IMG/VR virus record: IMGVR_UViG_3300045988_005351
Location: 1-64,000 of that record
DNA length: 64,000 bases
Strand: one strand, 5' to 3'
Source of the DNA: a virus
The position numbers and the translations under genes are program-made. The notes beneath the pieces are model-generated. The model made no database searches. It saw only the letters and a list, made by a program, of their open reading frames with translations, and had not been told where the DNA came from. Below are positions 44,401 to 53,700 of the stretch, piece by piece. Within the stretch, counting starts at the first letter, position 1. Each line of letters opens with the position of its first letter.

Positions 44401-46805
44401 AGAAGAATACTAAAGCTCAAAGAGACAGTATGATGATTGACTTGATGTGGTCAGTATTGACTAACTCTGATACTGCTGGAAAAATGATTAACCCTGGTAA
44501 CTTCGATGAACAAAAGAGAAATGCCAGAATAGTCAATCTTCTGGACAGTCTTTCATTGGATGAGATTGATAGGCTTGGTGGTATTGACAAGATACTTAAC
44601 CTAAGTCTCAAAGAGGCTAACAAGATGTTGGAGAAGTATGGCAGGATTGTAAATCCTCTTACTCCTGACACTTGGATTACTTATCAACAGAGGAATATGT
44701 CTGGTGCAGGTCTTGTACCTATGGCAGCTACTCAGAATGCCTCTCATGCCTTGACACAGTTGACTAAGAACTTTGGTTTGAAGAAGCCTTACAGGTTCAT
44801 ATTCAATGGTAAGAGGTTAGGCTCTCTCAACTCTGTAAAGAGTGCAAATGACAAGTTCATCTCTAGGAATGTATGTAGTTATCTGGCTGCTTTTGTTGAT
44901 AATGCCAAAGACCCTGTAGCAGGTGATTTGAACATTAACAATAATACAGCTAACCTAGCATTCTTATTGCTTAGAATTGGTAACTCTCCTATCACTACCA
45001 GTCTTATATTAAGACAACCTGCAATGATGAAGGTTATGAAGTATGTGAATAGTGGCAGATACTCAATGAGTCAAGCTATTGAGGAAGCTATGGAGGACTA
45101 CAGAAAGCAGGGAGGTAATTCCTCTTATGGTGGTAAGACTATTGACTTTAATTTCACTGATGAGTGGTTAGCTGCTAATATAGCTGCCGAGAAGAATGGT
45201 GGTGATATTCACTCAAGCCATATAGAAGAGATGGAGTTTGCAGTCAACCAGATAAAGGTTCTAGTCATGCTAAAGCAGATGAACACTGCTGCTGATGCTC
45301 TAGGAGATGTGGTAAGAAGAATAAGAAGTGACTCTCAAAGTGGTGGTGCTGGTGGCTCTATTGCTGCTGGTAATGATAAGATAGATGGTCTTGAGAGGAT
45401 ACTTGAGGATGCAGCTACTAAAGTTTCTTATCCTTTACAAGGTTTGGGCTTTGTAAATGAGATGATGATGAGCAGGACAGAGGAGGATATAATAAACAGT
45501 ACTCTTCCTATTCAAACTGCTACATTCCAATGGGGCCTGATGGCTACACATGACTGGTATGCTAGGTTATTCCCCCAAGTATCTGAACAATTCAGAAGAG
45601 TAGCAGATTTAGCTAAGGATTTCACAACCTATGGTAATCTTGATGATACTACTATCAACAGGATTTACAGCCAATATCTGATATACCTTATGACTGGTAT
45701 CTCCAATGACTTTAGAGGTGATGCAAATACCAGAAACTACTATATCAATGAGTTCCCTGTTGAGTTCAATGAGTTCAAGTCAAAGAACTCATATATTATT
45801 GAGAGTGTGCCTCTTCTTAGAAGATTGAAAGTACTGTTCTCAAACAATTATAATGGCTCTCCTACTATTGTGTTCAATAATGTTGGTAAGGTAACTGATA
45901 TTCAATCTGAGGATTACAGAAGTGATTTCAGAAACCTACTGGCTAACGAGAGTACAAGAGATATGGCAGCCAAGTTACTAATATATTCTTTTTATAGAGG
46001 TCTTGGATTTAGTCCTAGTGGTTTCTCAAACCTGATTCCTACACAGTTGAAGATGAGTGATGTTACTGATTATGTTGATACATTAAGAGGTGTTCTGAAT
46101 ATGAAGACCAATGATAAAGACAATCTCCAATTCATGTATCAATATATAAGGAACAACATGGAGGACAGAAGGTTTGTACCTGAGGTATCAATGACTGGTA
46201 TCTTTAAGGGAGAACCTGAGGACAGCTTCACTGTTACAGTAACCGAGAGGTCTTCACAGGATATGAAGAGATTCATATATCCTATAAAGGATGACGGTAG
46301 GATTGTGTACAGAAAGTTTGTATGCTATACATATAAGGGAGGTAAATACTACTATTATTATGATGGTACAAGTAACACCTATAAAAGAATAAAGCCTCTT
46401 GGAAGTTCTCAATATCAAGAGTATGACTACAATGCTGTGGGACTTGTAATGAAGGCCCAGATTAAGGAAGCCAAGCAGAAGAGCTTTAACTTTAGGGATG
46501 ACTATAGAGCTGCTAACTCAGCAGAGTCCTCAATGATTCAGTTTGAACTGTCAGAAGAAGCATATAGGAATATGCCTAGCTTTGATGGTATGCCTGCTCC
46601 TACACTGGATGACTTATATAGTACCAGTAGAGAAGCCAGAGCTGCTCAAATGGCTGCTCAATGGCAAGAGCTGGATAGGCAGTTTGAGCCTAGAACCCCT
46701 ACAGCAGAAGACCTTAGCAGGCTTGGTGCAATGGAAAAGTTTGGGAACTTCGATAGACTTGATGCAATGTCTCAAGACTTAGAAGGTAACAATAAATGTC
46801 AATAA
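38487..46805 (+). CDS. virion-type multidomain RNA polymerase (crAss-like gp66 type) with N-terminal NADAR domain
   Basis: 2772-aa ORF with a DFDVD metal-binding motif at 43989-44003 (TTGSDFDVDKIYMMY). Residues ~70-225 match NADAR/YbiA blocks. Confidence 0.75.
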   Translation: MINANCLVMTPELKELNGQFPKMPAQIFRVLVSKWQYEYGKADSLPTRDDIISIATKTQDNWSDYINPDEVKVTNIYAGANQNTILSNFAERPFIFTSTISGDDYVVNSVEQAFQLEKLLSSSIWDDDSRWQEMDSYRDKMLDARSANKARALGRKVPLTEEDLMNWDKNKRAIMKALIRTSLKQNLKALQALLATGNSSLTHIQDRSMWRTQFPIILEELREEFRGTQVGDNFNPISNAEVIPMLGDNSVKVYDKSNTAEGVEITKSGDTYNISVPSEFDLDKSRATNFAQALYDLIPSGVEVTSSDDSKSKTILNLVKKQGLEEKDGKLVKSAIDTSSQSGYIINEHESRWTRDEVENDPRTLYIFTDNTDRTSGGEEIGDGWYAEKYGKGGFGTVNNPTSAVIRGLPNAAPISTMKWFYREHGVSVEQARWTDSDLEEFKEVIDDEIEQIKQLWDSGNFDSIELPQNGIFGKSIKSDKDRGISRLTATRTPKLYQYLNKKLQELSEYVQDTKKAKEYESESSSIDESNWHKVDAEFTSIVKRQRVNLINDLFTQEVEKAQEATVARLNDEMAKASTIGKKLEIAKAIKNLRPYVVIKQEKPFKLFEKVRARFEQLVNYITDSREDYVNSLIGSWAGKANSRLPMAAQKALAERMADVHLLKYKQILDNWSDLVMDAANTYSYDYGVIMDVTVNDIEEDIDNTPTDDEGNNQNEQIADEKEETPYKEGWQVKVRELSAFESMTNQVRQAIGRIYRRDRNGDIVVDDLGFPQKLQQSYVFAELISALRDMTNAKQMVPMLEALQARKSWAVQIVDAIKNDERLFTSFYRVFRKDYLNMWIQIESTAPDGSVTIKTHNINKPAGTAHYFDEWRDNFEYGITLDEDSIYDQNGEIRLDKAELGLKLVDAAMDKFRGLKSKEEKQQVILENVDSIHKLLDMLGIFVTPDTLNDILTFNVNLNNKAELPGSIVLSNLRTIFKDMPTNDGIKNGEPADLINIYGRAFNNIATAINNVEEDEVESSVRQGKKTLYAHTRPSYATTLVKKLRGPEFKEFIESEYKPVDFLYDKEQGRWLNSLIDDLENDADARDKFNHIVVIEHNRKEYPQWTPLDTFLTLFNQYNAEPIKGGEGYAWYQMPLLSDATSAEFLRAKRVRKNYEEVLLDKFADVVRQEYNRIVTVKQRNNTPNIKKIAYYDMTDDSEGGARFHFFPKLNTEAFNKDGKTFFEQLAEVADDTDAFNQRAKEAVQTIMNEDFIAALDNWASIGVFDRVDENNENSSFRYFKQRTRENVEAALREYYWNTTYMQSQIIQLMTTDLAYYGNYTNFTKRALEFHSPTEKLNTLAKWNGEYVLASEDENGNVTVRPERVIYLTDEVKPSNWMKDVEEIIDQKIAKGELTEYDKTVILKKWGDTNVTDAQAFRTLKSFRATQIAADMWSDDAETAYNNIRNNTWTAQDFVILWNTRKPYLYTQTNQSDRVGGTMRLAAQHKNSEMIMLTQAIFGSILHQSGKLKGLSEFMEDKNIDVAMFGTAVKVGGQGFIDLNGIENAEDVKSKLQKEVYIGGTDAINPEVVHEYNWDDYGIQVATPEHGINAIQLVGTQIRRLIGTDMGADAVFKVGNKSLTRDQWRDYFNAVNTANIREAFEKLDKEFRDPKKISDLLISEIKSNSRYSNDLIEAVTLDKNGQFNIPIFDPSQSQKIQELLNSIVKSRIVKQKINGGSLIQATAWALNEKDRPQIEWGIDKNGQKYIKYMEAYIACPDDRLYELLLEDDGSININKKDSKGNYIVPAKYREAIGYRIPTEDKYSMIPIRVKGFLPRQVGSVIILPEEITTTTGSDFDVDKIYMMYHSLNFKNIYDIKAAWDAFYKSHPDIVESIEEAKRVNFKRAMDEAIEKNPEADLSQYDTDELFEDFTRPYKNYEWVKGVKEAFSAWFNPIKDRYLSQKSVEVVTYNDADIDLSDSNENRKVDIYRQAKKNTKAQRDSMMIDLMWSVLTNSDTAGKMINPGNFDEQKRNARIVNLLDSLSLDEIDRLGGIDKILNLSLKEANKMLEKYGRIVNPLTPDTWITYQQRNMSGAGLVPMAATQNASHALTQLTKNFGLKKPYRFIFNGKRLGSLNSVKSANDKFISRNVCSYLAAFVDNAKDPVAGDLNINNNTANLAFLLLRIGNSPITTSLILRQPAMMKVMKYVNSGRYSMSQAIEEAMEDYRKQGGNSSYGGKTIDFNFTDEWLAANIAAEKNGGDIHSSHIEEMEFAVNQIKVLVMLKQMNTAADALGDVVRRIRSDSQSGGAGGSIAAGNDKIDGLERILEDAATKVSYPLQGLGFVNEMMMSRTEEDIINSTLPIQTATFQWGLMATHDWYARLFPQVSEQFRRVADLAKDFTTYGNLDDTTINRIYSQYLIYLMTGISNDFRGDANTRNYYINEFPVEFNEFKSKNSYIIESVPLLRRLKVLFSNNYNGSPTIVFNNVGKVTDIQSEDYRSDFRNLLANESTRDMAAKLLIYSFYRGLGFSPSGFSNLIPTQLKMSDVTDYVDTLRGVLNMKTNDKDNLQFMYQYIRNNMEDRRFVPEVSMTGIFKGEPEDSFTVTVTERSSQDMKRFIYPIKDDGRIVYRKFVCYTYKGGKYYYYYDGTSNTYKRIKPLGSSQYQEYDYNAVGLVMKAQIKEAKQKSFNFRDDYRAANSAESSMIQFELSEEAYRNMPSFDGMPAPTLDDLYSTSREARAAQMAAQWQELDRQFEPRTPTAEDLSRLGAMEKFGNFDRLDAMSQDLEGNNKCQ

Positions 46806-49800
46806 AGATGAGTACAAGTTGTGTATTACATCCTAGATTGAGCAATGGGGAGAAATCCCCATTGTTCTCTAGGTTAAAAAATTTCCTAGGTGACAGGAAG
46901 CTAGCAGAGAATGTATATTATAAGGCTATCAATCCAGCCTTTAGAGAGACATTCCCTAATGTAAGGTTTGACCATAATGGAGAACCACTGCTCGAAGACC
47001 TTATAACCCAGTGTGGTATTGGCTATAATAAGGATAGTGAGTCAATGCTTGATTTCCTTAATAGTGAGTATGGTACTAAATCTGTACCAAAGACTATACA
47101 ATCAGTTATAGAACTACAGAATAGAGCAGCTTCTTTCAATATCAACAATCCTCTTAATAAGAGATACTCTGCTGAAATAACCTCTTCTGGACATGATGTG
47201 TCTATGGAGATAGTTACAGCTACAGGTAATGAGAGAGACTTAGGTAGACAGCAGAAGTTCAATGCTGAGCTTAATAATCAGTTAGTCAAGCTATTGAATA
47301 GCTGGGGTGCTGATGTTGCAGCTCTAACTGAGCTTGAAGAGGCTAGCAATGTCAATGGAGTCATGGACTTAAGTGCTGGTATCAATGCTGCTACTGGACT
47401 TAAGGAAGTTATCAGAATAGCTAAAGGTGAGAGAGGTCAAGTTGCACTAGCTGAGGAGTGGGGTCACTTTGTAGTTGATGCTGTAAAGGACAGCCCATTA
47501 AGAGACAGGATGCTTAACTCATTAAAGAATGAGGAAGTATTACAAAGAGTGCTTGGTAGTGAGTATAACAGGTACAATGAGGTTTATAATGGTGATATAG
47601 ACCTTATGGCTAAGGAAGCACTAGGCAAGATGATGGCTCAGGTGCTTAACAACTATGATGCTACAGCTCCTAATGACAGGCTCTTTGAGAGATACAAGAA
47701 GAATGTCTTGGATTTCTTTGGAAAGAGAGATACTGATGAGATTGATGAGATAATCAACAAGGTCAGAGAACAGGTATATGAGTTCACTACCAATGTCTTT
47801 AATGGCAAGTATCAACTTGATATTAGCAGTAGAGACTATAACAGGAGATTATTCAACCTTGGTAATGATGTATCAAGGGACTATAACATCTTGAAGAGGA
47901 TTATTCAACAAGAGAAGAAGAGGCTAGCTATCTATGGTAAGGGAGCTAAGGCTACTGCTAGGGAAAGGGAAGAGAAGAAAGGCTCATTTGATGAGAAGCA
48001 GAAACTCTTCATAGATAAACTAAGCAATGACCTTGAGAATCATAGGGAACTGGAAGGTATATATACATACCTGACAGAGGCTGTCAGAATGTTGAGACAG
48101 CTTAGTGATAGACTTGATGCTGTGCATAACTCACAGACTAGTTGGAAGGATAAGTTCTCAGCACTCAGGAGTATCAGGGATTATATGTCATCCTATGGCA
48201 GTATCATGGAGGAGCTAAGACAAGAGATGTATAAGGCAAAGCAAGAGGGTGATATGAGATTCAAGGAGAAGCTACAAGAGTCTCTTGATGAGTTCTCAGG
48301 TCTACTTGCCAGACTAGGCTCTGACTGGGCAGAAGTGTCTAAGGATGAGTTTGCCAGATTCCTTGCTCCCTTTGAGGGAGAGGGTATCTCAATGTCTATT
48401 AGAGGTGAGAGAAAGCAGTACAATATAAGAGAGCTTCTTGACTATATAGAGAAGGATATTTCTATAGTAGAGAGATGGACTGATGCTATGGCAGACAGTA
48501 CTGACCCTATACTTAGAATATATGACTCTTTAGTTAAAGACCAGAAGAATAAGGCTAGGTATAACACTATCAATAATGAGAAGGAGATACTGATGCACTC
48601 CAAGAAGCTGGAAGATGCTGGTATAAAGAACACTGACTTCATGTATGAAAAGACCAGTGATGGTAAGATTACAGGTAACTTTGTAACCAGATACAACTGG
48701 GGAGACTACTTTGCAGCACTTAGCAAGTATGCCAAGAGCCTACCTCAGGATATGGGCAGAGAGGAGAAGTCTATCTTAATCAGCAGATGGAAGAGAGCCA
48801 ATACAGATAAGAAGGGTAATCCTATAGAGAAGTACTATAATCCTCAGTATGATGCTATCCAAAGGAATGCAGCTATGAAGGAGTACTATGACTTTATGAT
48901 TAACCTAAAGAGGAATCTAGATTATAGATTACCAGCAAGGTATGTAAGGTTCAATAAAGCTCCTCAGATAAGGAGAGACTTCTTGGAAAGAGTAATGGGT
49001 AAGGGTAATAAGTTCCAATACCTATGGGAGAGCTTCAAGGATAACTTGGTAAGAAGGGAAGATGATACTGAGTTTACTTATGCAAGGCAAGACTTTGAAG
49101 GCAATCAGATATACAATCTTCCTATCTACTATACAAGACCCCTTAAGGATAAGAATGACCTATCAACTGACTGTACATCAACTATGATAGCTTATGCTGC
49201 TATGGCTAATGACTATGCAGCTATGAATGATGTCATAGATGCTCTTGAGACAGGAAGAACAATACTCTCTGAGAGAAGGGTGGCACAAACCAGAGGTGGT
49301 AAGATTATGAGAGAGGTACTTAATAAAATACCCAGCAATCTGACCAAGAAAGGTGATGTGGCTAACTTTATGGGCAGGCTTAATGACTTCATGCTTATGC
49401 AGGTATATGGTGAGCAGATGAAGGATGAGGGTACTGTACTTGGAGTTGATGTTGGTAAGGCTGTCAATATGCTGAATAAGCTGCAAAGCTATGGTACTAC
49501 TGCCCTGTCAGTACTTACTGGTACTGCTAACTTGGCACAGAATATTGTGATAAGCAACATAGAGTCTATCTCTGGTCAGTTCTTCAATAAGTCTGAGCTT
49601 GCTAAGGCTGATTGGGAGTACACAAAGCTGTTACCTCAGTACCTAAGTGAGATAGGCAATAGAATACAGACTAGTAAGATGGCTCTCTTTGCAGAGAAGT
49701 TCAATGTTCTTCAAGACTACAAGCAGCATGTGAGGGGAGTAGATTGGGATAGAAAGACTTGGTTCTCAAGGTTCTTCAAGGAAGATACTCTATGGTTCAC

Positions 49801-50725
49801 TACTAGTGCAGGAGACCACTACACTCAAATGAGGACTGGTCTAGCTTTGGCTATGAGGTTGAAGCTACAGGACAAAGATGGTAAACCTATAAGTCTTTAT
49901 GATGCTCTTGAAGTGAAGTATCTTGATGAGGCTCATCCTGAGTATGGAGCTAACCTAGTAATTAAGGAAGGAGTTACTGACCAAGATGGTAAAGCTGTGG
50001 ATAACAAGTACTTCACTGGTGTCACTAAGAAGATAAGGGGTATCAACAACAAGCTGTATGGTATCTATAACCAAGAGGATAAGAATGCTATGCAGTCCAG
50101 AGCAGTAGGTAGATTGCTTATGATGTATAGGAACTGGATGAGACCCCTATGGTTGAAGAGATATGGAGTTGAAAGGTATAACTACGACACTGGTACTTTC
50201 GAGGAGGGCTACTACAGAACCTTATGGAACTTTATGAATACTCTTAGAAAGGACTTGAAGAAAGGTGAACTTGATATAGTGAAGCAATGGCACAATCTTG
50301 ATGATGCTCAAAAGAGCAACATATATAGAGGTCTTGCTGAGATAGCTACATTCTTATCTCTTATGGGTATTATTGCAACACTCAAGGGTACACCAGATGA
50401 TGATGAGAAGGATGACTGGTTGACTGAGTATATTACTTATTCAATCATCAGGTTGAAAGCTGACTTAGGTTCTCTAATGCCTGGTCCTACTATGCTTGAT
50501 GAAGGTCTAAGGTTGTTTGACAATCCATTTGCAGCAGTAAGGGTTCTAAAGAACTCAAGACAGTTGCTTAACTTGTTTGACCCTGATACTTGGACTACTG
50601 AGATAGACCAAGGTATCTATAAGGGATATACTCAAGCAGAGAAGATAATGTTACAACCTGTACCATTTATCAGACAATTCCAGAACTTGTTTGACCCAGA
50701 GGAGCCAACAAGGTGGTATAAATAA
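46796..50725 (+). CDS. large virion-associated protein (1309 aa), function unknown
   Basis: Overlaps the RNAP stop (alternative ATG 46808); coiled-coil-rich; hydrophobic segment IATFLSLMGIIATL near the C-terminus. Confidence 0.65.
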   Translation: MSIKMSTSCVLHPRLSNGEKSPLFSRLKNFLGDRKLAENVYYKAINPAFRETFPNVRFDHNGEPLLEDLITQCGIGYNKDSESMLDFLNSEYGTKSVPKTIQSVIELQNRAASFNINNPLNKRYSAEITSSGHDVSMEIVTATGNERDLGRQQKFNAELNNQLVKLLNSWGADVAALTELEEASNVNGVMDLSAGINAATGLKEVIRIAKGERGQVALAEEWGHFVVDAVKDSPLRDRMLNSLKNEEVLQRVLGSEYNRYNEVYNGDIDLMAKEALGKMMAQVLNNYDATAPNDRLFERYKKNVLDFFGKRDTDEIDEIINKVREQVYEFTTNVFNGKYQLDISSRDYNRRLFNLGNDVSRDYNILKRIIQQEKKRLAIYGKGAKATAREREEKKGSFDEKQKLFIDKLSNDLENHRELEGIYTYLTEAVRMLRQLSDRLDAVHNSQTSWKDKFSALRSIRDYMSSYGSIMEELRQEMYKAKQEGDMRFKEKLQESLDEFSGLLARLGSDWAEVSKDEFARFLAPFEGEGISMSIRGERKQYNIRELLDYIEKDISIVERWTDAMADSTDPILRIYDSLVKDQKNKARYNTINNEKEILMHSKKLEDAGIKNTDFMYEKTSDGKITGNFVTRYNWGDYFAALSKYAKSLPQDMGREEKSILISRWKRANTDKKGNPIEKYYNPQYDAIQRNAAMKEYYDFMINLKRNLDYRLPARYVRFNKAPQIRRDFLERVMGKGNKFQYLWESFKDNLVRREDDTEFTYARQDFEGNQIYNLPIYYTRPLKDKNDLSTDCTSTMIAYAAMANDYAAMNDVIDALETGRTILSERRVAQTRGGKIMREVLNKIPSNLTKKGDVANFMGRLNDFMLMQVYGEQMKDEGTVLGVDVGKAVNMLNKLQSYGTTALSVLTGTANLAQNIVISNIESISGQFFNKSELAKADWEYTKLLPQYLSEIGNRIQTSKMALFAEKFNVLQDYKQHVRGVDWDRKTWFSRFFKEDTLWFTTSAGDHYTQMRTGLALAMRLKLQDKDGKPISLYDALEVKYLDEAHPEYGANLVIKEGVTDQDGKAVDNKYFTGVTKKIRGINNKLYGIYNQEDKNAMQSRAVGRLLMMYRNWMRPLWLKRYGVERYNYDTGTFEEGYYRTLWNFMNTLRKDLKKGELDIVKQWHNLDDAQKSNIYRGLAEIATFLSLMGIIATLKGTPDDDEKDDWLTEYITYSIIRLKADLGSLMPGPTMLDEGLRLFDNPFAAVRVLKNSRQLLNLFDPDTWTTEIDQGIYKGYTQAEKIMLQPVPFIRQFQNLFDPEEPTRWYK

Positions 50726-50729
50726 CAAA

Positions 50730-50766
50730 ATAGGGAGAGTATTTCTACTCTCCCTATTTTTTTTTT
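50730..50766. terminator. bidirectional rho-independent terminator at the convergence point
   Basis: 12-bp perfect stem atagggagagta/tactctccctat with loop tttc, a run of 9 T downstream on + and an A-rich run upstream (T-rich on -). Confidence 0.8.
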
Positions 50767-50778
50767 ACTATCACGAGA

Positions 50779-53700
50779 TTACTTGCAAGCTGGTATGAAT
50801 GATTCCCTTGTCAAGGGGTCAGCACCATCCCAGAACTTCTGCATATCTTCTTCACTTAGTCCATCAAGAGCCACATAACTTTTCTCATCTGCTGTAAGTT
50901 CGTTCCACTTCTTATGTGAAAAGAGACTCCTCTCCATAGAGGTGCTTGGCTTATCTGATGTAACTTTCTTATCTTTCTCTCTCCTGTCTATTGATGCTTG
51001 TCTTGGGTCTGGTACACCATCAGGGTTTCTTAAGTTGTTGAAGATTTCAAAAGTCTTCCTCATTTCAGGAGTCACTTTCTTATCTTTTTTCTTTTCTGGC
51101 TCTTCTTTAAGCTCTATTGAAGTACCATAAGGGCTATTCTCCAATGGTGTAGAACTCATAGCATCCTGTATAACAGCAGCTACATTATCAGCTTGTATGA
51201 AGTCCATGATGTTGTTTCTAGTCCTTCCTGCCTCATCAGATACTAATGATGGGTCTATTGTCAATGACCTGCCATTAGGTAGTACCAACTTATAACCATC
51301 ACCTACCTTAGCTAAGTAGAATGTCTGACCATTCTTAGTGGTGAACAGTACCTGCATATCTGTCTGATGGTACTCTGGCTTTCCCTTACCCATAGTAACA
51401 TACTGACCCTTTACAGTTCTAAGTGATGTTGGTGACTGACTTGCTGGTACTTCATCAGTTCTCTCAAATACACCACTCTGATATGTCAAAGGTACATAGT
51501 TCTCTGGGGATATCCTAGCTATTCCTCCATCCTTCTCTCTACTATATCTGAGTTGGAATGGTACTATAACTAGATTAGATACTGGAACACCAAAGCTATC
51601 CTCAAACAACTTAGCATAGGCACTCAACTGTAGAGTATATTGGTCTTTGTTACTTCTAGTAAAGTATCTAGGATTCTCAACTCTTGAGAAACCAGAGTCC
51701 TTAGTGGAGTACTTACTAGTCTTGAAGTCAAAGATACTTATCTCACCTGTGCTAGGATTATAAGCAAACACATCAAGCTCTCCTGCTATTCTTCTACCAT
51801 CAGAGTACTTATGGAATACCACAGTTCTATCAGTAACCAACTTGAGACCTCTTCTATTTGCATCATCCCTGAACTTGCCTAATCCTCTCTTCAAAGCACC
51901 AAAGGCTTCATCAGACATACCCTCAGGCTTAGTTACATTAGTAGGGTCAATCAAGAATTGTCTTGCTACTTCATCTACTAGAGAGCCTCTACTTGTAGCA
52001 GCATCTCCTCTGCTTGGTCCTATATAGTTAGAACCTATTACAGAGTGTACTCTTTGATACTCATGGTATTGACCATCTTCCTCCTTAATCATGTAAGAAC
52101 CATTGGAGGTGTCTGGATTACCATTGTCATCTCTAAGCACAAGCTTCTGAGAGTCTTGAAGGGATTTTACAGCAGTGGCTGATTGAGATGCCTTACTCTT
52201 TCTACCATCAAGAGTAGCTTCTAACTCCTCAACCTCTTTAGGAGACAGGTACTTGTTAGTAGCTCTATTATAGCCTCTCTTACCATTCCTATCTACGATG
52301 AGTACTTTACCATCATGTTGATTAACACCAAAGTAGTTAGTACCATAAGCAGAATTTATATAAGCAAGGTCTTTGATTTGTTGGGCATCCTCCCCTATGT
52401 CTACTATAGAACCAGACTGGTCAAATATATAACCATTCCTTACAAAGTATTCCTTACCACCATACTGTACTCTAGTACCTCCTTTGGCTTGCTGTGATGC
52501 CTTAGCTCTCTCAAATGCACTATTAGTATGAGTGGTGTTAGGTTTCTCATTCAATAAGAACCAGGTTCCCTGCATTCTCTTACCAGTAAGATAAGTAGCA
52601 AGTACATTACTATCCCTTAATCTATTAGCATACTCTTGACCTTTCTTGCCAGTGAGCTTCTTAGCATCAACATTAAAGGCAAGGTTAGCTTCATAGAAGG
52701 CATCAAGCACTTGGTTATATACCTCCTCTACAGGTGCTGTATAAGGTTCAGATGCTTGTGTAGTACCAGCTCCTATATTAAGAAGTGACTTCTTTGCAAA
52801 CCTCTTTAACAGTATATTCCTGTTCTGTCTCTTACCATCCCTATTAGCAAAAGCTATCTGTAATGATACATCATTAGCTCTGCTTATTATATTGATGTGG
52901 AAACTATCTGGTATATATAGTAACTCTATCAAGTCCATATATACATTGTCAAGAGCCTCATCAAATCCCTTCTCAAGGTTAGCTATACCAGCTAAGTCAT
53001 TAAAGGCTTTCTTCAAGTCATTAGCTATAGGATTATCCTGTGTAGATAGGTCAAACTCAGTCTTATTCAGGTGTCTTATATAGACCTTCTTAGGACTAAG
53101 AGTACCTTTACTGTTAGGTAGAAGTATATATACCTTACCGTCAGAGTTAGCCTCATCGAACACTGGCTCTACAAAGGTATCTGTATTAGCTTCCATAGAC
53201 CTGTTCTTCATAACACCTATAGTAGCATTATCAGTACCTAGCAGGTCTCCTACTGATTGAGTCTTACTCATATCATAGCCATACTGACCATTCATTATCT
53301 TAGATACTCTTACAGTAGGTTGTTCACCCTTCTTAGCCTTATTCTTTATTTCCTTTACTCCCTCAATAGCCTCATCAGTGTTCATATAGTTCACTAATGT
53401 GCCTTTATGGTAGAGTGCCAGTAACTCAGGATGTTCATCTGTAGCAGGCTCATATCTTACCTCAAGCTCATCACCTTCCTTTATATTACCCTCATTAACA
53501 TAGTCAAAGGCATTCTTACCAGTCTTAGGGTCTACTTCCTTTAACTTGTTATATACATAAGAGTAGCCTTGATTCCTGTCATCACCAACAAAGTCAATCA
53601 ATACTCCATCCCTCTTTGCATCCAAGTCAAACTGTGGTATGACTGCCTTAAGAACTCCTGTTACTGCTGTAGGTTTATACTTACTTACCTCAGCCTCAGC

